Below are positions 8,840-18,880 of a stretch of 64,000 bases of DNA, piece after piece. The notes beneath the pieces are model-generated. The model searched no databases and had not been told where the DNA came from. It saw nothing but the letters and a program-made list of their open reading frames with translations. Both the position numbers and the translations under genes were made by a program. Source of the stretch: Gammaproteobacteria bacterium (GTDB lineage Bacteria; Pseudomonadota; Gammaproteobacteria; Ga0077536). Each line of letters opens with the position of its first letter. The stretch's first letter is position 1. The DNA lies in NCBI GenBank assembly GCA_963662545.2, contig CAXXLL010000002.1, forward strand, positions 1,088,001-1,152,000, in the 5' to 3' direction.

Positions 8840-9630
8840 CTAGGTGGCGATTTCGGTCAGAAACTCGTCGATTGCCCGGGAGAAGCCTTGCGGATCGAGC
8901 GCCGGTTCGAAGTTCGCGCCTTTGAGTTCGACTGCCTTGGCCTGCGGGCAGGCAGCGGCGGTGTTCTTAAATCCGCAATGCAGTACGTCATCTGGCGCGG
9001 CCAGCAGCAGCATCGGACACTTCACTTTCCGATGAACAGATCGAAACGATAGTCCCAAACGCACTGGTAGACCCAGCCGCGCGCCTTCCACGCACGCAGC
9101 GATGACCAGAACTCGGTATTCATGTTTTCGATATCCAGGCTGCCGCCCAGATTGTAAATGTAGTCCCACGTGACTTTGAGGTACTCGGCATCGTGATCGG
9201 GACCAGCAGAGCCGCTGAATTGTTCGCGAAACGGTTCGACCTCCTCGGGCTTGAGCAGCGTCGGGCCGACCATCATGCAGGTCTTGACGCGCGCGGGATA
9301 CAGCGAGGCCATCTCGGCGGCCATCGCCGCCCCGGTATGATTTCCGAGCGCGTGGAAGGTGTCGATGCCCAGGGCATCGATCGCCGCCATGACGTGTCGC
9401 GTTATTTCACTGATGGAAGTGAACTCGGGTGGATCAAAGGACATGCCGAAACCTGGAAAATCGAACGCGATGCAGCGGTGCTTCTGTTGCAGGATTTCGA
9501 ATGACCTGACGTACATCACACCGCTACTGACGTTTTGGTGGAGAAAGATGATGGGGATCTGATCGTCCGGTCCGCAGTAGTAGTAATGCATTTGTCCCAG
9601 CGGGATGTCCACGTAGGCTTTCCTGATCAT
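8840..9630 (-). pseudogene. Alpha/beta hydrolase split by a single -1 frameshift at about 9025
   Basis: The N-terminal ORF (RKAYVD..LGQMHY, FLHQ, FDFPGFG.S, GNHTG) ends GGA AAG TGA. The -1 frame continues KVKCPMLLLAAPDDVL...AIDEFL, a typical hydrolase C-terminus. Confidence 0.8.
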
Positions 9631-9874
9631 TTTAATTTTTCCATTGTTGTAGGTGCGCCCGAAACGGAGTTTGATTCATACGCGCATTGCGTGCTAGCCA
9701 TAACACGCAGACGGCTAGCAAATCACGCCGTTGGCGACCGTGTACTATCCGCAAGGTGCACCCTGCCGGGTAGCGCGCGATGGAATGATGCAGAATCGGA
9801 TTTGCCCGCGCGACAAATCCAGCGACATCTCGCAGTATGGATCTGCTAACGCCGGCGCGCCGGCGGCGGGGACC

Positions 9875-11260
9875 TCAGGTTCCGAGCCTTCGCAGGGCCG
9901 GTCGCGTCATGAATTGGGAGACGAAGTCATCCTCCGGGTCGAGCACCGACTTCCAGTCGCCTCGGCATTTCAGAGCGTGATGAAAACGCGTGACGCTGTT
10001 CGTCTGCACATCGTGGCTAATCGCCCAACCCCAACTCCATTCCGGCCGCCCGTCGGTGGTCAGCATTTCATGGGTGTCGGTCTTGCGCTGACCGCCGCCT
10101 CCTTCAAATCCCTTCCAGGCTTCGCCGTGGCGATCGTAGGTAATCGCCTGCACCGTGCCCATGTTGCGCGCATCCATGAAGAGGCGGCGCTTGCTGACCG
10201 GCGCGTTGGGATAACCGATCGGTTCGCCTTCGAAAACGATGACCTCGGGGATCAGCGACTTGCCCACGTAGTAGTAGCTCTGGTCCTGCTTGCCCCCGAC
10301 TAGCGGCGGTTCCCAGTTATCGTTATCCGGCAGCCACTGGAAGTGGGTCGAAGCCAGGAAGGGTCCGCGGTGGATGATCTTGAAATTGCCCCAGGTCAAC
10401 ATGGGATCGCCCGACGCCCAGGCGTCCGATAGGTACAGGTTCATGCCCGGCATATAGGGTTCGAAACGCTGGTTGGCGGGGAAACGGCGCACCCGTTTGA
10501 ATTGCGGCAGGTAACCGAACAATTCAGGGATCCTCCGCTGGTCGTAGCTCCAGATGCTCAAAAACGCCGAGCCCTTGACGTCGATGGTATGCGTGAACAA
10601 GATGGTCTGCAGGCGCGTCTTGTCTTCGTGCCCGGACAGGTAGGGTCCCCCCGCACTGGGATGAACGAGGCCGGTGCACTGCTGCTCGACCCACACGAAA
10701 TCGTATTCGTAGCCTACTTCGCCTTCCGGTCTTACCACGAGTGCTGGAATCGCGAACAAGGATTTGTCATGGCGACCCCAACTCAAGGTGATGTTGGCGA
10801 TCGCCTCGTTGCCGGTCTGGCAGTCGGGGAAGGGCAGGCCGCCGATCCAGGGCTTGCCGTCGGTGGTATAGACGTTGCCAATATCGTCGAAAGTCGCCAG
10901 GCCCTGGTTCCTGATCGTGGCGTCGAGGAAGTAGGGCGGGTACATGGTTTCGATTTCTTTCGGCGACGGCTGAATAAAGAACTTGCGGCCGTCCTGTTTG
11001 ACTTCCTGGTATAGGATCGGGTCGACCAGGTCTTGCACGAGGTCGATTGAGTCGGCGTCCATGACGTCGCCGACCTTGACCTGGCCCTTGGTGAAGGCTT
11101 CGATATCGTGGAGTTCGTCGGGGTAAACCTTTTCGATCGAGCCTGAGCGGCATACTTCGGGCCACAGTGCGCTCAGGACGCCGGCGCTCCCTAGCCCCAT
11201 CGCCGTTTTTTCCATGAAAAGGCGGCGGCTGTAATCGAAATCGAATTTTCGGATGTGCAT
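9875..11260 (-). CDS. DUF1329-like exported protein, copy 1
   Basis: SRRLF twin-Arg N-terminus, GGLPFP, GYLPQFKRVRRF, YDRHGEAWK. Confidence 0.8.
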   Translation of the reverse strand: MHIRKFDFDYSRRLFMEKTAMGLGSAGVLSALWPEVCRSGSIEKVYPDELHDIEAFTKGQVKVGDVMDADSIDLVQDLVDPILYQEVKQDGRKFFIQPSPKEIETMYPPYFLDATIRNQGLATFDDIGNVYTTDGKPWIGGLPFPDCQTGNEAIANITLSWGRHDKSLFAIPALVVRPEGEVGYEYDFVWVEQQCTGLVHPSAGGPYLSGHEDKTRLQTILFTHTIDVKGSAFLSIWSYDQRRIPELFGYLPQFKRVRRFPANQRFEPYMPGMNLYLSDAWASGDPMLTWGNFKIIHRGPFLASTHFQWLPDNDNWEPPLVGGKQDQSYYYVGKSLIPEVIVFEGEPIGYPNAPVSKRRLFMDARNMGTVQAITYDRHGEAWKGFEGGGGQRKTDTHEMLTTDGRPEWSWGWAISHDVQTNSVTRFHHALKCRGDWKSVLDPEDDFVSQFMTRPALRRLGT

Positions 11261-11553
11261 AGCGATCGTTTACCGTGAAGTTAATGTGAAGGCCGTCCGC
11301 GTCACGTTTTGCGGCGGCCAGCAGGCATAGGCTAAGTGTAACGGATATTTCGACCGTGGCCAGAAACCCTCGGCGCAGGTCCGCATGACCGCAGTCTGAA
11401 AGGCCTGGAGCAGGAAATACGACCCACGAGCGGTGCAGACGTCTTGCACCCGCGTACCGAAAAGGACCGCATGTTCCCGGTCACGGTCATCTGCCATCTT
11501 GGAGCGCAGACCGAAACAATGTCAGACTTCAAAGCACCTCGAGAGTGAAGACC

Positions 11554-12315
11554 ATGACCAGAGAAAGCGACACCCTGATCGAAGAACGTCTAGGCCACGT
11601 GCTCGTGCTGACCATGAACCGGCCGGCGCGCCACCACGCCTTGAACCAGGCGCTCGCACGACGGCTGGTGGAAGCCGTCGACCGCGCCGAATCCGAATCC
11701 GAGGTTCGCGTCGTCGTTGTGACCGGCAGCGGCTCGAAGGCGTTCTGTGCCGGTCAGGACATGCTGGAACTGAGCAGCGTTGAAGCCGGGGCGGGCGATC
11801 TTGATTCTGTGTCGGCTAATATCGCGATCAATCGGTTCGCGATCACCCCGCTGCCGGTCATCGCCGCTATCAATGGGTATTGTTTCGGCGGCGGTGCGAC
11901 GCTGGCCATCGCCTGCGATATCCGTCTTGCTTGTACTTCCGCGACGTTTCGCCTGCCGGGCGCCGAATACGGTCTCGTGGTTGGAGCCGCTACCCTGCCG
12001 CGCCTAGTCGGTGCCTCGAAAGCCAAGGAACTCATCTTAACCGCGCGGAAATTCGGCGCCGAGGAAGCCCGTGAATGCGGACTCGTAAGTTCGCTGCACA
12101 AGCCGGATGCGCTGATGTCTGCCGCCATGGACCTGGCCGAAGCCATCGCCGCCAATTCCGTCGCGGCCGTACGCCAGTCGAAACGGGTGATCGATGCGGC
12201 CACTTTGTCCGCGGAAGCAGCGGCCATGGAATCCAACGCGAACCGGCACCTGCGCGGTACGCCCGAGCAGACGGAGCGCTTTCGCTCTGCGACACGCAAG
12301 GTCACCGGACGGTGA
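11554..12315 (+). CDS. Enoyl-CoA hydratase/isomerase family protein
   Basis: MNRP...HALN, AFCAGQD, IAAINGYCFGGG..LA.ACDIR. Confidence 0.9.
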   Translation: MTRESDTLIEERLGHVLVLTMNRPARHHALNQALARRLVEAVDRAESESEVRVVVVTGSGSKAFCAGQDMLELSSVEAGAGDLDSVSANIAINRFAITPLPVIAAINGYCFGGGATLAIACDIRLACTSATFRLPGAEYGLVVGAATLPRLVGASKAKELILTARKFGAEEARECGLVSSLHKPDALMSAAMDLAEAIAANSVAAVRQSKRVIDAATLSAEAAAMESNANRHLRGTPEQTERFRSATRKVTGR

Positions 12316-12413
12316 CCTCAGCTTAGAGCGATCGACAGGAAGCGGCCTCAACGCCTTGCGATCCGCGGTCTGCCTTGGTCAACGCAGGCTATTCGTTCAC
12401 TTGAGCCCCGGGT

Positions 12414-13256
12414 TCAAGCCCTTGGATCAAACGGCAACTCGGCGACAGCCTGTTCCATCCGCTTGAGATGTCCCTTGGCATCGAGGCCGCCGCCGAGCGT
12501 ACGCAGGCACAGATGACTCAAACCTAAGCGATGCCAAACGCTCACGCGATCCTGCCATTCGGCCTCGCGCGGCCCGACCACCGCGACGCCTGCTTCTATG
12601 CCGATGTCTGCGGGCCGCCGGCCGGCGTCTCGCGCTTCACGGTGGACGTCGTCTCGCAAAGCCGGAAATTCCTCCGGCGCACACAGGTTGAACCAGCCGT
12701 CGGCGAGTCGACCAATGCGGCGGCGGATGCGTTCGACGGGATTGCTGCTGGAGCCGATCCACAGCGGGATCGGCCGCTGTACCGGGAGCGGATCAAGGCC
12801 CGCTCCGGAAATCGTGTGAAAAACTCCTTCAAAATCGACACGTGGCTCGGTCCACAGGCGCTTGAGAAGTTTCATCTGTTCCTCGCAACGCGCGCCGCGC
12901 GTATGAAAATCTACGCCCATGGCTTCATATTCAAACTTGCTGTTACCGACCCCGATACCCAGCCGCAGGCGCCCGCCTGACAGAACGTCGAGCGCGGCCG
13001 CCTGCTTGGCAACGAGCACCGTCTGCCGGCACGGCAGGATGATCACCGAGGGCACGAGTTCAATGGAATCGGTGATCGCTGCGACGTAGGCCAGCAAGGT
13101 CATCGCTTCGTGTAGATAACCGCTGTCCGGGCGCAAAACCTGGTCCGGGATCCGCAAGTGTGTCAGGCCCAATCCCTCGGCGGCTTGCGCGAACGCCTTG
13201 ATCGCACCCAGATCCCCTTGCAGCTCCCGCACGGGCAGCGAGATGCCGATTTTCAC
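12414..13256 (-). CDS. LLM-class oxidoreductase, putatively F420-dependent (Rv2161c-like)
   Basis: ILPCRQTVLVAKQAAALDVLSGGRLRLGIGVG, P.PVQRPIPLWIG. Confidence 0.9.
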   Translation of the reverse strand: MKIGISLPVRELQGDLGAIKAFAQAAEGLGLTHLRIPDQVLRPDSGYLHEAMTLLAYVAAITDSIELVPSVIILPCRQTVLVAKQAAALDVLSGGRLRLGIGVGNSKFEYEAMGVDFHTRGARCEEQMKLLKRLWTEPRVDFEGVFHTISGAGLDPLPVQRPIPLWIGSSSNPVERIRRRIGRLADGWFNLCAPEEFPALRDDVHREARDAGRRPADIGIEAGVAVVGPREAEWQDRVSVWHRLGLSHLCLRTLGGGLDAKGHLKRMEQAVAELPFDPRA

Positions 13257-13507
13257 TGATCGACTCCTTGGTTTCGTTTATTGCCGTAGTCGTTTAGGGA
13301 AGACCGAGCTCATTCTATCGGGCGGTTCATGCACGGCATAGATTTCTATTCGCCCGCATGCGCACGAACAGGGTCCGCCGTTGCATTCAGCAAAGCGCTT
13401 ATGATTAAAAGGGTTGGCGACGCGGATATCTCGTGCATGCGCAAGAGACCGGAATCGGTTCTAATTGAGATCGATTCAAAGTCGATTTAATGAGGGGAGC
13501 CCCGCCG

Positions 13508-14032
13508 ATGACCCAACCGCTTTTCACCGTTCGGCAACTGGCCTACGTCGTTCGAGATCTCGATGCCGCGCTCAAATACTGGGTGGACGTATTGAAAGTC
13601 GGGCCGTTCTTTCTCTTCGATCATTGTCCGCTGGAAAATCAACGCTATCGCGGCAAGCCGTCAAACGTCGACGTGAGCCTGGCGCTCGGCAATAGCGGCG
13701 CCCTGCAGATCGAGCTCATTTTTCAACACAACGATGAGCCGTCAGTGTACAAGGAGTTTCTCGATGCCGGCCGGATCGGTGCCCATCACTTCGGCCTGAT
13801 GCCCCCGGATTACCCCGCGTCTTGCGAACGTTACAAAGCGCTCGGACACGAAGCAGCGTTCGAATGTACGGTGGGCGGCGCGGAGTTGACTTATTTCGAT
13901 ACGGTTGATGCCATCGGACATTTCACCGAGTTGTGGGATAACGTCGAGCTGTTCAAGGATCTGTTCATGATGGTCGAGGATGCGGCGAAAGACTGGGACG
14001 GCAAGGACCCGGTCAGACCCGGGCCCCTTTGA
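13508..14032 (+). CDS. VOC/glyoxalase family (methylmalonyl-CoA epimerase-like)
   Basis: QLAYVVRDLDAA, QIELI, GAHHFG, YFDT....GHFTEL. Confidence 0.85.
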   Translation: MTQPLFTVRQLAYVVRDLDAALKYWVDVLKVGPFFLFDHCPLENQRYRGKPSNVDVSLALGNSGALQIELIFQHNDEPSVYKEFLDAGRIGAHHFGLMPPDYPASCERYKALGHEAAFECTVGGAELTYFDTVDAIGHFTELWDNVELFKDLFMMVEDAAKDWDGKDPVRPGPL

Positions 14033-14132
14033 TGCGACATCTTGGGACCGGAAATCTGTGACTGGGTAGATCGTTTCCGGGCGGCTAAATGGTACTCTGG
14101 GCGCACCGCCGGAGGATTGTGGACCGTTTGAT

Positions 14133-14468
14133 ATGACCGACATCACCCGCACTGCCGAATTTCGGATCGGCCAGGTCGTCCGTCACCGCCTGTTTCCGTT
14201 TCGCGGCGTCATTTTCGATGTCGATCCCATCTTCAACAACACCGAGGAATGGTGGTTGTCGATACCCGAGGAAATGCGGCCGCGCAAAGATCAGCCCTAT
14301 TACCATCTCTTTGCGGAAAACGACGAAACGACGTACCTCGCGTACGTTTCCGAACAGAACCTGCTGACCGACGACAGCGGTGAACCCGTCGGGCATCCGG
14401 AAATAACAGAATACTTTGGCGAGTTGATCGACGGCTTCTACCAGGCGAAGAGCAACATGGGTCATTGA
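14133..14468 (+). CDS. hspQ: Heat shock protein HspQ (YccV-like)
   Basis: F.IGQVVRHRLFPFRGVIFDVDP, KDQPYYHL, AYVSEQNL, HP. Confidence 0.93.
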   Translation: MTDITRTAEFRIGQVVRHRLFPFRGVIFDVDPIFNNTEEWWLSIPEEMRPRKDQPYYHLFAENDETTYLAYVSEQNLLTDDSGEPVGHPEITEYFGELIDGFYQAKSNMGH

Positions 14469-14487
14469 GCGCGGGCGTTCCGGCCGG

Positions 14488-15873
14488 CTACGTCCCGAGT
14501 CGTAGCAGCGCCTGTTTCGTCATGTAGAGGACCAGGAGGTCTTCGTCCGGGTCGAGCGCGGTCTTCCAGCCGCCGCGGCATTTTTCCGCCTGATGGATCC
14601 GCGTCACGACGTTGGTCTGGATGTCGTGGCTGATCAACCAATTAAAACTCCAGTCGAGCCGCCCGTCAGTGGTGAGGATTTCATGACCGTCGGCCCGACG
14701 TTGGCCGGCACCGGTCTCGAATCCCTTCCATGGTTCCCCGTGTCGGTCGTAGGTGATCGCCTGAATGACACCCATGTTGCGGGCGTCGACAAAAACGCGC
14801 CGCTTGCTGACCGGCGCGTTGGGGTAGCTCACCGGCTCGCCTTCGAAAATGATGACCTCGGGGATCAGTGACTTGCCCACGTAGAAGTAGCTCAGGTCCT
14901 GCTTGCCGCCGATTAGCGGGTGCGCCCAGTTATCGTTATTGGGCAGCCACTGGAAATGGGTCGAACCCAGGAAGGGGCCGCGGTGAATGATCTTGAAATT
15001 GCCCCAGGTCAACATGGGATCGCCCGACGCCCAGGCGTCCGACAGGTACAGGTTCATGCCCGGCATATAGGGTTCGAAACGCTGGTTGGCGGGGAAACGG
15101 CGCACCCGTTTCATCTGCGGCAGGTAACCGTATAACTCGGGCACCTTTCGTTGGTCATAGCTCCAGATGCTCAAGAAGGCGGAGGCCTTGACGTCGTTTG
15201 TGTGCGTGAACCAGATCGTCTGCAGGCGCGTCTTGTCTTCGTACCCGGACAGGTAGGGTCCCCCCGCACTGGGATGAACGAGGCCGGTGCACTGCTGTTC
15301 GGCCCACACGAAATCATATTCGTAGGTAACTTCGCCATCCGATCCAATGACGAGGGCCGGGAAAGCATACAAGGCCCCATCGTGGCGTCCCCAGCTCAGG
15401 GTGATGTTGGCAATCGCCTCGTTGCCGGTCCGGCAGTCGGGAAAGGGCAGGCCGCCGATCCAGGGCTTGCCTTCGCTGGTGTAGACGTTACCGATATCGT
15501 CGAAGGTCGCCAGGCCCTGGTTCCTGATCGTGGCGTCGAGGAAGTACGGCGGGTATAGGGTGTCGATTTCTTTCGGCGACGGCTGGATAAAGAACTTGCG
15601 GCCGTCCTGCTTCACTTCCTGGTAGAGGATCGGGTCGACCAGGTCCTGTATGAGGTCGATGGAGTCGGCGTCGATGACGTCGCCGACCTTGACCTGGCCC
15701 TTGGTGAAGGCTTCGATATCGTGGAGTTCGTCGGGGTAGACCTTCTCGAGCGAGCCCGAGCGGCATACTTCGGGCCACAGTGCGCTCAGGACGCCGGCGC
15801 CCCCCAGCCCCATCGCGGTTTTTTCCATGAAAAGCCGGCGGCTGTAATCGAAATCGTATTTTCGGATGTGCAT
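14488..15873 (-). CDS. DUF1329-like exported protein, copy 2
   Basis: Same 461-aa length and collinear high similarity to 9875-11260. Confidence 0.8.
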   Translation of the reverse strand: MHIRKYDFDYSRRLFMEKTAMGLGGAGVLSALWPEVCRSGSLEKVYPDELHDIEAFTKGQVKVGDVIDADSIDLIQDLVDPILYQEVKQDGRKFFIQPSPKEIDTLYPPYFLDATIRNQGLATFDDIGNVYTSEGKPWIGGLPFPDCRTGNEAIANITLSWGRHDGALYAFPALVIGSDGEVTYEYDFVWAEQQCTGLVHPSAGGPYLSGYEDKTRLQTIWFTHTNDVKASAFLSIWSYDQRKVPELYGYLPQMKRVRRFPANQRFEPYMPGMNLYLSDAWASGDPMLTWGNFKIIHRGPFLGSTHFQWLPNNDNWAHPLIGGKQDLSYFYVGKSLIPEVIIFEGEPVSYPNAPVSKRRVFVDARNMGVIQAITYDRHGEPWKGFETGAGQRRADGHEILTTDGRLDWSFNWLISHDIQTNVVTRIHQAEKCRGGWKTALDPDEDLLVLYMTKQALLRLGT

Positions 15874-15967
15874 AAAGACGAGTGCTGTGCAGTTTGTAGT
15901 ATGTTCCCCTCAGCGCTGTATTGGGTTGGCGCACAAGCGTGAGAATGAACCTGCCTCCAGCGTTTGC

Positions 15968-16753
15968 TTAAATCATCGTATAGCCACCGTCCACCGTCCA
16001 CGCCTGTCCGGTGACGAAACTGGACTCGTCTGACGCCAGGTATACCGCGAGGCTCGCGACTTCTTCGGGCTTGATCCAGCGCTGGTTCAAGGGGATCGAT
16101 CCTTTGAAATTCTTCTCGACGATGTCCCGCGTCAGTCCGAGAATCTCCGCGTGCCGGTCGAGAAAGCTGTCGGCAAGATCCGTTTCGACGATCCAGGGAC
16201 AGATTGCATTCGCCCGGATGTTGTAAGGCGCCATTTCCAGACCCAGACAGCGCGTCATGCCGACCACGGCGTGTTTCGATGTGTTGTAGGCGCTTTGATT
16301 GCGCGAACCCCATTTACCAGCCGTCGAGGCGATGTTCACGACCACGCCGCTGTTGCGCGCCGTCATCCGGCGCAGCACGAACTGGGTGACGTGGAGCACA
16401 CCGTAGACGTTCACCTCGATGACGTTTCTGAAATCCTCAAACGTGTAATCGACGAAAGGCGCGGCTTTGTGGATGCCGGCGTTGTTGACCAGGATATCGA
16501 TCGGGTTCGCCGCGTCGGCTTGATTCACCATCGCTTCGACGGCATCGCGGTCGACCACGTCGCAGGCGAAGCTCGACACCTCGGCGCCGTATGCGGCACG
16601 GATTTCATCGGCGGTTCGATCGAGACGTTCGCGGTCGCGCGCGTTCAATACGATGCGGGCGCCTTCCGCGGCGTAGGCTTCGGCGACGGCGCGGCCGATG
16701 CCGCGGCTGCCGCCGGTGATGAGAGCGGTTTTGTTCTTGAGTCGGTCTGCCAT
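15968..16753 (-). CDS. Short-chain dehydrogenase/reductase
   Basis: TGGSRGIG, NNAG, YNTSK catalytic motif, VDGG. Confidence 0.93.
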   Translation of the reverse strand: MADRLKNKTALITGGSRGIGRAVAEAYAAEGARIVLNARDRERLDRTADEIRAAYGAEVSSFACDVVDRDAVEAMVNQADAANPIDILVNNAGIHKAAPFVDYTFEDFRNVIEVNVYGVLHVTQFVLRRMTARNSGVVVNIASTAGKWGSRNQSAYNTSKHAVVGMTRCLGLEMAPYNIRANAICPWIVETDLADSFLDRHAEILGLTRDIVEKNFKGSIPLNQRWIKPEEVASLAVYLASDESSFVTGQAWTVDGGYTMI

Positions 16754-16856
16754 AATTTTGAGATAGGCTCTACTGAGTACCGGGCAGCATGACGGCGAAC
16801 ATTCGAATCGCCGTGGGCGCCCGCGATGAGGCCGGGCCGAATCGAGACCTTGTCTC

Positions 16857-17480
16857 TTAAGTGACGGCTACGCTTGATTCTTCCTGCCGCGCTTTCGCGG
16901 CGATCGCGCGATAACGGGCAACATCCTCCGGCCGTGCCGGCACGTTATCCCAGTGATCGCCCTTCTCGACAGAAAACGGCCGCTGCCAGGCGGCGAACTC
17001 GAGCATGATCCCGTCGGGATCGAGAAAATAAACCGAACTGACCCAGACGCCGTCCTCCACCGCCAGGGCTGTCTGTCCGGGCGAATTGTCGTGATGCATC
17101 ATCTCGCTGACGGTGATGCCTGCATCGATCAGTTTCTGTCGATACGCTTCGATCTTGTCCGGCGCGACGTCGAAGGCAAAGTGGTTCATCGAGCCGTGCG
17201 AAGAGATCCACGCCGTCGGGTCTTGGTGAAATTCCGCCGGGTCGACCAGCTGCCTGGGATTCGACACCCCGGGGCGCCGATCTTCGGCTTCGGCGAACCA
17301 GAAAAACGCAATGCACTGTCGCCCACCCGTGTCGAAGAAGAAGTGCTGCCCCAAGCCGCCCGGCAGATCGATGGTCTTCACCAGTTCGAAGCCGAGAATG
17401 TTCGTGTAGAAATCGACCGTGCGCTGCATGTCGCGGCAGACGAGCGCGACGTGATTAAGGCCGTTAATTTCGAATTTCAT
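16857..17480 (-). CDS. VOC/glyoxalase family protein
   Basis: LNHVALVC.DM.RT..FY, MNHFAF, SVYFLDPDGIMLEF. Confidence 0.9.
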   Translation of the reverse strand: MKFEINGLNHVALVCRDMQRTVDFYTNILGFELVKTIDLPGGLGQHFFFDTGGRQCIAFFWFAEAEDRRPGVSNPRQLVDPAEFHQDPTAWISSHGSMNHFAFDVAPDKIEAYRQKLIDAGITVSEMMHHDNSPGQTALAVEDGVWVSSVYFLDPDGIMLEFAAWQRPFSVEKGDHWDNVPARPEDVARYRAIAAKARQEESSVAVT

Positions 17481-17613
17481 GTTAGGTGCCTCCTAATCGA
17501 TTGATCGATACGTTCACCCCTTGTCCCCATGGTTGCGTGACCGGCGGTTTAAAACAAGCTCGGCAGGTCGCTCATCGAGAACGGTGACCGGCGTACGCGA
17601 ATTCGCGCGGCTC

Positions 17614-18576
17614 CTAATTCCCGTCAATTTCGCCCAGGAAGCGCAGGATCTGGGCGGTCGTTTCGGTGGGTTTTTCCTCCTGGAGCCAGTGACCGGCGCC
17701 CTCGATGATTTCGACGAACCGCAGGTCGTCGAAGTCTTTCGGAAACGTCTCGCGCCAATCGGGATCGTAGAGCAGGACGTCGTCTTCCGCGCCCGCGACG
17801 AAGGCCGCGGGTTGTTTAAAACGCGCGCCCTCTAGTTCGGGTGTTATCTCGCTGTTGGCCGGGATGTTCCGGTAGTAGTTGCATGGTCCGCGAAAACCGC
17901 TCTCGCGATAGGTCTCGAGGTAATAATCGAAATCTTCCTGAGTCAGCCAGCCCGGCAGCTTGCCGGGCTCGGGCAGCACCTCGAGCAGGCCGCTCCCGCG
18001 CGGATGCTCCATCTGCCCGATCCAGCTTCCAGGCGGTGAATCGGCGGACAGGCCGTAGTAAAGAACGCGAAGGCTGCGTGCCAGGTCTTTTTCGAGCTCG
18101 GCCTCGACCACGCCCGGTTCCATGAAATACCGCCAGTACCAGAACTTGTCTTCCATCCCGGGCGGATCAACCCCATCGGGCGACAATCTCCAGAACGGCA
18201 CGCCCAGACCCATCACGGCCCGGCAAGATGATTCATGCAAAAGGGCCATATGCCAGGCGACGACGCATCCCCAATCGTGGCCGACGACGATGAATTCGTC
18301 GTAACCGAGTACCGGCGCGATGCCCGCCGCATCGGCCGCGAGGTCGCGGATGTTGTAGTCACTGACGTCCGGCGGCTTGCTGCTGCCGCCGTATCCGCGC
18401 TGGTCGGGCACGGCGAGGCGATACCCGGCGGCGACGATGGGATCGATCTGATGCCGCCACATGTACCAGCACTGCGGCCAACCGTGCAGCAGAATGACCA
18501 GCGGGCCGTCGCCTTCGACGACCGTGCGTAGGCGGACGCCGTTCGTCTCGATCATCTGGAAATTGCGATCGATCAT
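17614..18576 (-). CDS. Epoxide hydrolase-type alpha/beta hydrolase
   Basis: LHGWP, PDQRGYG.S, GHDWG nucleophile, NYYR, GAGHW. Confidence 0.92.
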   Translation of the reverse strand: MIDRNFQMIETNGVRLRTVVEGDGPLVILLHGWPQCWYMWRHQIDPIVAAGYRLAVPDQRGYGGSSKPPDVSDYNIRDLAADAAGIAPVLGYDEFIVVGHDWGCVVAWHMALLHESSCRAVMGLGVPFWRLSPDGVDPPGMEDKFWYWRYFMEPGVVEAELEKDLARSLRVLYYGLSADSPPGSWIGQMEHPRGSGLLEVLPEPGKLPGWLTQEDFDYYLETYRESGFRGPCNYYRNIPANSEITPELEGARFKQPAAFVAGAEDDVLLYDPDWRETFPKDFDDLRFVEIIEGAGHWLQEEKPTETTAQILRFLGEIDGN

Positions 18577-18678
18577 CGTGTTGAGCCCTTGGTGACACTT
18601 CGCTCGTGCGCTTTGGATATCGAATGTAGCGGGGGAACGGCGTCATTCCAAGGCTTGTAGTCTATTTTAGTGGCTTAA

Positions 18679-18840
18679 GGAATCTCTGAGTAAGTCATGG
18701 CACACGTGCCTTGCGCCTGAAATCGTGCAGCTCGGCGTTACGAAGCTTGCCAATAGTCCCCGCTATTGCCTGCGATTCGTGCCTTGATCTGCACGATTTC
18801 ATGCACCATTCACATGCACCATGACTTATTCAGAGGTTCC
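18679..18840. mobile_element. MITE family A copy 1 (162 bp, IS5-subgroup-like)
   Basis: TIRs GGAAtCTCTGAgTAAGTC and GACTTATTCAGAGGTTCC; near-identical to 37648-37809 and 47019-47180. Confidence 0.85.
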
Positions 18841-18880
18841 CCAATTTGCAATCGACGGCGCGAGTGGTTGAACTGGCGGC

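Noticed and set aside
9875-15873. DUF1329 pair as a diversity-generating retroelement TR/VR
   Set aside because: Both are full-length genes, differences are not adenine-specific, and there is no reverse transcriptase in the window.
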